DNA of 32,000 nucleotides from Cardiobacteriaceae bacterium TAE3-ERU3 (GTDB lineage Bacteria; Pseudomonadota; Gammaproteobacteria; Cardiobacteriales; Cardiobacteriaceae): NCBI GenBank assembly GCA_019218315.1, contig JAHUUI010000001.1, positions 137,722 to 169,721 of the forward strand, read 5' to 3'. Shown piece by piece: positions 26,311 to 32,000 of this stretch (position 1 is its first letter; each line of letters starts with the position of its first letter). The notes under the pieces were generated by a model. It saw only the letters and a program-made list of their open reading frames with translations, ran no database searches and was not told where the DNA came from. The position numbers and the translations under genes were made by a program.

Positions 26311-27815
26311 TGATGGGTAATGAACCTTTATTGCGCATGGTGGAGATTGACAAAAACTTCCCAGGCGTCAAAGCGCTCGAACAAGCAGGATTGAACGTCT
26401 ATTCTGGTCGAATTATGGCCTTAATTGGTGAAAATGGTGCGGGCAAGTCCACACTGATGAAGGTACTTTCCGGCATTTACGCACCTGATGGAGGACATGT
26501 CACCTTCAACGGTCAGCCCGCTATTTTTTCTGGACCACGCGACGCACAACAAGCCGGAATCAGTATCATCCACCAAGAGCTTAACCTGATCAATGCACTG
26601 ACGGTCGCTGAAAATATCTTTCTCGGTCGGTTTGATACCCGGTTTGGCAGTATCGACTGGTCCAGTATGCGGCAAAAAGCCAACCAACTACTGAACAGAC
26701 TCAACGTTAGCTTCAGTGCTGATGATACAGTTGCCGACCTTTCTATGGGACAGCGGCAGATGGTCGAAATTGCCAAAGCATTGAGCTTTGACGCACAGAT
26801 CATTATCTTTGACGAACCGACCGATGCACTGACCGACCAAGAAGCGCAGACATTATTCAGCGTCATGCGTGACCTCAAGGCCGAAGGCAAGGGGCTGGTC
26901 TTTATCTCCCACCGCCTGAAAGAAATTTTTCATATCTGCGACGATGTTACAGTACTGCGTGATGGCCTACTGATTGGCGAATACCCAATTAGCGAAATCA
27001 CTGAGGCAGCACTTATTGAACGTATGGTTGGCCGTAGCTTAAGCGGGCAGTATCCCGATCCAAGCCCAAGACAGAATGACGTTCTACTCTCTACCAAAGA
27101 CCTATGCGGCACGGGTATCGAGCATGCCAACCTGACTTTGCATAAAAGCGAGATTCTTGGTATTTCCGGTCTCATGGGCGCTGGCCGTACCGAGTTAGCC
27201 AAACTTTTATACGGGGCTGGGGAAATCACCAGTGGGCAAATTTACCTTAATGGCCAGGCAATCAAGCCAAAAAGCCCCGGCGACGCATTGCGGCTGGGTA
27301 TTGCCTACGTCAGTGAAGACCGCAAAGAAGATGGCCTCATATTGGGCATGTCAGTCGCAGATAACATGACGCTCAGCGCACTGCCCAAATTTAGCCGCTA
27401 TGGGCATATTCTTGAAAAAGAAACGAGCGCAGCAGTCGAGCGATTCACCCAAGCGTTCCGCATCAAAACACCAAACGCAGCGCAGCTTGTCGGGCTACTT
27501 TCTGGCGGCAACCAGCAAAAAGTGTCCATCAGTAAAGCATTAATGACCAATCCTGACGTCCTGATTCTCGATGAACCAACACGAGGCGTAGACGTCGGCG
27601 CACGCAAAGAAATTTACGATCTCATCAGTGAGCTCAAGCAAGCGGGCATGGGCATTATCCTGATTTCTTCTGATATGCCGGAAATTCTCGGCATGTCAGA
27701 CCGTATCGTCACGCTTTGCCAAGGGCGCATCACCGCTGAGTTCGACCGCAGCCAAGCAACCCAAGAAGCACTCCTATCCGCATCCATGCCAACCAATCAA
27801 AGTAGCCATGAATAA
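26310..27815 (+). CDS. rbsA: Ribose ABC transporter ATP-binding protein RbsA (duplicated ABC domains)
   Basis: 501 aa from the ATG at 26310, overlapping the rbsD stop (TAATG). Two ABC cassettes are present: GENGAGKST with LSMGQRQMVEIAKAL and IIIFDEPT, then a second with LSGGNQQKVSISKAL and LILDEPTRGVD. Length equals E. coli RbsA. Confidence 0.93.
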   Translation: MMGNEPLLRMVEIDKNFPGVKALEQAGLNVYSGRIMALIGENGAGKSTLMKVLSGIYAPDGGHVTFNGQPAIFSGPRDAQQAGISIIHQELNLINALTVAENIFLGRFDTRFGSIDWSSMRQKANQLLNRLNVSFSADDTVADLSMGQRQMVEIAKALSFDAQIIIFDEPTDALTDQEAQTLFSVMRDLKAEGKGLVFISHRLKEIFHICDDVTVLRDGLLIGEYPISEITEAALIERMVGRSLSGQYPDPSPRQNDVLLSTKDLCGTGIEHANLTLHKSEILGISGLMGAGRTELAKLLYGAGEITSGQIYLNGQAIKPKSPGDALRLGIAYVSEDRKEDGLILGMSVADNMTLSALPKFSRYGHILEKETSAAVERFTQAFRIKTPNAAQLVGLLSGGNQQKVSISKALMTNPDVLILDEPTRGVDVGARKEIYDLISELKQAGMGIILISSDMPEILGMSDRIVTLCQGRITAEFDRSQATQEALLSASMPTNQSSHE

Positions 27816-28767
27816 AAAAAGCGTCACTAACTTACTCATTGAATACCGTTCTGTTCTTGCGTTGATTGTTCTGATCGTCATCGTCACGGCAATCAATCCA
27901 GACTTTCTCAGCGCAGGCAATATCACTAATACGCTGCGCCAAACTTCGGTCAATGCCATCATAGCGGTCGGCATGACCATGGTCATTCTCACAGCTGGCA
28001 TCGATTTATCGGTTGGCTCTGTACTTGCCCTGACGGGTGCTATTGCCGCAACTATGATCGGCGCTGATATTTCCGTCTGGCTCACCGTACCATCCGTGCT
28101 GCTTTTCGGAGCCATACTCGGCGCGTTCAGTGCTTTACTGGTTGCCAAAGGCGGTATTCAGCCCTTTATTGCAACACTGGTCACCATGACGCTCTTGCGC
28201 GGAGTTACCCTCGTTTATAGTGATGGACGCCCTATCAGTACCGGCTTTTCTGAACAGGCCGATGCCTTTGCCTTTTTGGGCGCAGGCCAGCTTGGTGGCA
28301 TTCCGGTACCAGTATGGATCATGGCGGTAGTATTTATCGTAGCCTGGTACATTCTGCGCCATACACCAATCGGACGCTATATCTACGCGGTCGGCGGCAA
28401 TGCCGCAGCGACCCGCCTTTCCGGCATCAGTACCACTAAAGTGTATTTATTCGTCTATGCAGCCAGTGGCTTTTTCGCTGCGCTTGCTGGCATCATCGTC
28501 ACTGCGCGGCTTTCTTCCGCACAGCCGACAGCGGGTACCATGTACGAGCTCGATGCAATCGCTGCAGTTGTGGTTGGCGGCACCAGCTTGATGGGCGGTA
28601 AAGGCAAGATATTCGGTACGTTGATCGGTGCACTGATCATCGGTTGCCTGAATAATGCACTAAACTTACTCGACGTTTCAGCCTATTATCAAACCATCGC
28701 CAAAGCATTGGTGATCCTCATTGCTGTACTGGCCGACCGCTTCCTCGACCGCAAACGCCCTACCTGA
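27808..28767 (+). CDS. rbsC: Ribose ABC transporter permease RbsC
   Basis: 319-aa polytopic membrane protein of the BPD_transp_2 (RbsC/AraH) type (TAGIDLSVGSVLAL, AVGGNAAATRLSGI). Overlaps the rbsA stop by 8 nt. Confidence 0.92.
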   Translation: MNKKSVTNLLIEYRSVLALIVLIVIVTAINPDFLSAGNITNTLRQTSVNAIIAVGMTMVILTAGIDLSVGSVLALTGAIAATMIGADISVWLTVPSVLLFGAILGAFSALLVAKGGIQPFIATLVTMTLLRGVTLVYSDGRPISTGFSEQADAFAFLGAGQLGGIPVPVWIMAVVFIVAWYILRHTPIGRYIYAVGGNAAATRLSGISTTKVYLFVYAASGFFAALAGIIVTARLSSAQPTAGTMYELDAIAAVVVGGTSLMGGKGKIFGTLIGALIIGCLNNALNLLDVSAYYQTIAKALVILIAVLADRFLDRKRPT

Positions 28768-28791
28768 TTTTTCAACAAGGAGACTAAAACC

Positions 28792-29670
28792 ATGAAAAAA
28801 ACCACCCTACGCACGATGATCGTTGCCGCTATTGCAGGCTGCAGTATTGCAGCCCATGCTGAAACCATCGCACTGGTCATTTCCACGCTGGATAACCCGT
28901 TCTTCGTCACCCTCAAAGAAGGTGCTGAAGCCAAAGCCAAAGAACTTGGCCATGAGCTGATCGTGCTCGACTCTCAAAATGACCCTGCCAAAGAGCTTGC
29001 CAACGTTGAAGACGTAACCGTTCGTGGTGCTGATGTTCTCCTGATCAACCCTGCTGATTCTGATGCTGTTGGCAACGCGATTGCCATTGCCAACCAGAAG
29101 AACTTGCCAGTCATCACGCTGGATCGCAACGCAAGCCGTGGTGAAGTTGTGAGCCACATTGCATCGGATAACGTTGCTGGTGGCCAAATGGCCGGCGAAT
29201 TTATTGCCTCACTGGCAGGTGATGGTGCAAAAGTTATCCAGCTGGAAGGCATCCCTGGCACTTCGGCAGCCCGTGAGCGTGGTGAAGGCTTTGCAAAAGC
29301 AGCTGAAGCGGCAAACTTTGCGTTGCTCGCCAGCCAACCAGCTGATTTTGACCGCACCAAAGGGCTGAATGTCATGGAAAACCTGCTCACTGCACAGCCA
29401 GAAGTTCAGGCCGTCTTCGCCCAAAACGACGAAATGGCACTTGGTGCATTACGTGCCTTACAATCTGCTGGCCGTGATGACGTTGTTCTGGTTGGCTTTG
29501 ATGGCACTGATGATGGTGTTGCTGCAGTAGAAGCAGATAAACTTGCCGCTACTGTTGCCCAGCAGCCTGATCTTATTGGCTCAATCGGCGTTGAAACCGC
29601 TGACAAAGTGATTAAAGGCGAGACTGTTCCAGCCTCTTTGCCTGTAGATTTGAAAATCATCAGTAAATAA
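28792..29670 (+). CDS. rbsB: Ribose ABC transporter periplasmic binding protein RbsB
   Basis: 292 aa. Signal peptide ending [35 protein letters not shown] and the rest align with the E. coli RbsB pattern (Peripla_BP_4). AAGGAG Shine-Dalgarno. Confidence 0.93.
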   Translation: MKKTTLRTMIVAAIAGCSIAAHAETIALVISTLDNPFFVTLKEGAEAKAKELGHELIVLDSQNDPAKELANVEDVTVRGADVLLINPADSDAVGNAIAIANQKNLPVITLDRNASRGEVVSHIASDNVAGGQMAGEFIASLAGDGAKVIQLEGIPGTSAARERGEGFAKAAEAANFALLASQPADFDRTKGLNVMENLLTAQPEVQAVFAQNDEMALGALRALQSAGRDDVVLVGFDGTDDGVAAVEADKLAATVAQQPDLIGSIGVETADKVIKGETVPASLPVDLKIISK

Positions 29671-29682
29671 ATGGTTACAAGT

Positions 29683-29710
29683 ATATATGGCGCCGTCGTG
29701 CGCCATATAT
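29683..29710 (+). promoter_or_regulatory. Intercistronic stem-loop between rbsB and rbsK
   Basis: Perfect 10-bp stem ATATATGGCG-ccgtcgtg-CGCCATATAT with no T-run. This placement after a binding-protein gene is typical of hairpins that stabilise the upstream mRNA or attenuate distal genes. Confidence 0.45.
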
Positions 29711-29732
29711 GCGTTTGAATATTGGAGGAGCA

Positions 29733-30656
29733 ATGTCTGGTCTACTCATTATTGGCAGCAGCAATCTTGATCATTGCTTGAATGTAGCGCGCTTCCCGAC
29801 ACCCGGTGAAACGCTTAACAGTAAGCAGTACTTCCAAGCATACGGCGGTAAAGGAGCAAATCAAGCGGTTGCAGCAGCACGTCTTGGCGCTAACACTACG
29901 TTTATCAGTACACTTGGGAATGATGCTGCGGGCAACGCCATGCGCCAATACTTTATTGAGCAGGGCATCAATGTTCAGCATATCCAACTAATTAATGGCA
30001 AAGCCACCGGGCTTGCGATGATCCTGATTGACCAACACGGAGAAAACCAAATTGTATTGCACGATGGTGCCAATGCTGCACTGGATAGCGCATTTATTGA
30101 GCAATACGCTACAGCAGCAATTAAAGAATGCGACGCTCTGCTTCTGCAACTCGAAACACCACTAGACGGTATTATTCAAGCAGCAACGATTGCTGCACAG
30201 CACGATCGCCGAACGTATCTCAATCCAGCACCTTATTGCGACTTGCCTGACACCCTGCTTTCCCTCATTGATACCATCACGCCAAATGAGACCGAAGCCA
30301 CCGAACTCACCGGCATCAAGCCAGACACTGCTGAAAACATGCAAGCAGCTTGTGATTTCTTGCACGAAAAGGGTATTAGAGAGGTACTCATCACACTAGG
30401 CAGCAAAGGCATTTACCTCAGCAATGAGCAAACTCGACAGCACTATCCAGGATTTGACGTCAAAGCAGTGGACACCACCGCCGCTGGCGATACATTCAAC
30501 GGCGCTTACTTCGCGGCACAATTAAATGGCTTATCTACACAAGCAGCGATTGCCTATGCTCAAGCTGCCGCTGCACTGGCTATTCAGCAAGCTGGCGCGC
30601 AATCATCTATCCCCAGCCAACAAGCCGTACAGGATTTCCTCGACGCACAAGCCTAA
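29733..30656 (+). CDS. rbsK: Ribokinase RbsK
   Basis: 307 aa from the ATG at 29733 (GGAGG SD). LLIIGSSNLDHCLNVARFPTPGETL...GGKGANQAVAAARLG and the C-terminal VDTTAAGDTFNGAY motif are PfkB/ribokinase signatures. Confidence 0.93.
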   Translation: MSGLLIIGSSNLDHCLNVARFPTPGETLNSKQYFQAYGGKGANQAVAAARLGANTTFISTLGNDAAGNAMRQYFIEQGINVQHIQLINGKATGLAMILIDQHGENQIVLHDGANAALDSAFIEQYATAAIKECDALLLQLETPLDGIIQAATIAAQHDRRTYLNPAPYCDLPDTLLSLIDTITPNETEATELTGIKPDTAENMQAACDFLHEKGIREVLITLGSKGIYLSNEQTRQHYPGFDVKAVDTTAAGDTFNGAYFAAQLNGLSTQAAIAYAQAAAALAIQQAGAQSSIPSQQAVQDFLDAQA

Positions 30657-31675
30657 ACGCGCAGCGTCAAGCGCGCACGATCCCCCGGTGCAAGGCGGTT
30701 TTTACACACAACTTGCACCGTCTGCTCCGGCAATGCCACATGATAAATTGAGAAATCGCCGAGGAATTGCGCGCGTTCAATCAGTGCATTACCCTTCTCG
30801 GTATCAGCCGCAAGCAACAGCTGATGAGGGCGAAGAAAGACATCTGCACTTCGCTCATCTTCGTACTGCACCATAATTTCTGCGAGCTTATTGGACGGCA
30901 AAATACCTGCGCCACACTGCCATTCATCACCATTTTTCCGAAAACGTACAACAGAACCATGCCCGAGAAAAGCGGCAATTTGCTCATCAGCCGGATGGTC
31001 ATATAACTCACGTGGTGATGCAATTTGCGCAATAATGCCATCACCCATAACAGCGACCTGATCAGCCAAAGCAAATGCTTCTGCTTTATTATGCGTGACG
31101 AAAACGGCGCTCATACCATGGCGACGGAAAAGCTGCTTCATTTCACTCATCAGCTGCTCGCGCACTTCATTATCAAGGTTGGAAAAGGGCTCATCAAGCA
31201 ACATTAAATGCGGCTCACGCGCCATTGCTCGCGCAATCGCGACACGCTGCTGTTGCCCGCCCGATAATGCATGCGGATAACGCGCAGCATAGTCGGCCAG
31301 CCGCACCATATCCAACATCGCAAGCACTCGCTCTTGGCGCTTGTGTTTATCTATATTATGTAAACCAAAAGCGACGTTCTCCGCGACAGTCATGTGTGGA
31401 AACAAGGCATAATCCTGAAAAATCATACCAACCTGACGTCCCTGTGGTGCAATCATGGTATCCGCACTACTCATCAGCTGTTCGTTGAGATAGATTTCTC
31501 CCTGAGTAACGGGCAACAGGCCTGCAATTGCTTTCAAAATTGTACTTTTGCCACAACCTGATGGGCCAAGCAATGAGAGGATTTCACCTTTTGGAATAAT
31601 AAAACTGCAGCCTCGTACGACTTCACGCTGCGCATACGCAATACTGACGTTATCTAATTCAAGCCATTTCATCAT
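30653..31675 (-). CDS. ABC importer ATP-binding protein with C-terminal regulatory/TOBE-like domain (FbpC/PotA-type, Fe(III) or polyamine)
   Basis: 340 aa. Walker A GPSGCGKST, signature LSGGQQQRVAIARA, Walker B LMLLDEPFSNLD, and a ~100-aa C-terminal extension. The start overlaps the upstream permease stop. Its stop overlaps the convergent rbsK stop by 4 nt (CTAA). Confidence 0.85.
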   Translation of the reverse strand: MMKWLELDNVSIAYAQREVVRGCSFIIPKGEILSLLGPSGCGKSTILKAIAGLLPVTQGEIYLNEQLMSSADTMIAPQGRQVGMIFQDYALFPHMTVAENVAFGLHNIDKHKRQERVLAMLDMVRLADYAARYPHALSGGQQQRVAIARAMAREPHLMLLDEPFSNLDNEVREQLMSEMKQLFRRHGMSAVFVTHNKAEAFALADQVAVMGDGIIAQIASPRELYDHPADEQIAAFLGHGSVVRFRKNGDEWQCGAGILPSNKLAEIMVQYEDERSADVFLRPHQLLLAADTEKGNALIERAQFLGDFSIYHVALPEQTVQVVCKNRLAPGDRARLTLRV

Positions 31676-32000
31676 CGTTTATCCATTGAATAGGTTAACA
31701 ACAGCACGGCCGGCAAACCAGCAACCACCATCAGCAAAGCAGGCAATGCGGCGACTTCAAACATTTCCGAGGTCATATATTCATATATATAAGTAGAGAG
31801 CATCTGCACATTAAACGGTCGCAATAGTAGTGCTGCTGAAAGCTCCTTCATCGACTCAAGGAAGACCAATAGAAAGGCTGTCAGTAAGCTGTTGCGCAAT
31901 AGCGGCAGCCAAATCAGGCGAGAAGTCTCACTGTACGAATACCCATTGAGGTAAGCACTTTCATCAAAACTTGTCGGCACTTTAGCCATACCTGTCTCAA
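31672..32000 (-). CDS. ABC importer permease, C-terminal part (FbpB-like; gene continues beyond the window)
   Basis: The frame is open to the window edge. DESAYLNGYS...LPLLRNSLLTAFLLVFLESMKELSAALLLRP is the conserved EAA-loop region of binding-protein-dependent permeases. Translationally coupled to the ATPase gene. Confidence 0.75.
   Translation of the reverse strand, partial: ETGMAKVPTSFDESAYLNGYSYSETSRLIWLPLLRNSLLTAFLLVFLESMKELSAALLLRPFNVQMLSTYIYEYMTSEMFEVAALPALLMVVAGLPAVLLLTYSMDKR

Overview
The window looks like a gammaproteobacterial chromosome segment, mostly conserved housekeeping genes. Family assignments come from reading the translated ORFs for motifs, since no searches were possible. 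Left to right: (1) the AT-rich edge of a surface-polysaccharide locus (Wzx-like flippase, Wzz-like chain-length regulator) ending at a tRNA-Leu(TAG). (2) The classic tig-clpP-clpX-lon-hupB proteostasis block, then tRNA-Leu(CAA) and an orphan lipoprotein. (3) fabI, a YegP-like gene and hslVU. (4) A linked glutathione pair: gshB plus a small membrane protein, divergent from gshA, followed by a DUF45/M48-like metallopeptidase. (5) An accessory type IV pilin locus at about 17.5-22.1 kb. (6) A hotdog-fold protein, ComEC/Rec2 and glycerate kinase. (7) rbsDACBK. (8) The end of an Fe(III)/polyamine-type ABC importer. No rRNA, CRISPR array or long tandem repeat was seen. The most interesting feature is the pilin locus. 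An IS110/Piv-family DEDD recombinase gene, together with the sigma54-type pilin promoter and the first 22 pilin codons, lies between two inverted 41-nt copies (37/41 identical) of the pilin N-terminal coding sequence. One copy continues into the currently expressed pilin. The other heads a promoterless, leaderless pilin cassette on the opposite strand. Inverting the ~1.36 kb segment would fuse the constant 5' end in frame to the alternative cassette. Each arm carries its own terminator and its own TfpZ/FimB/TfpB-like accessory gene. This resembles the Moraxella Piv tfpQ/tfpI switch, but with the recombinase and promoter inside the flipping segment. The recombinase leader also carries a 9-nt copy of the crossover junction between two small hairpins, which raises a speculative bridge/guide-RNA-like possibility.
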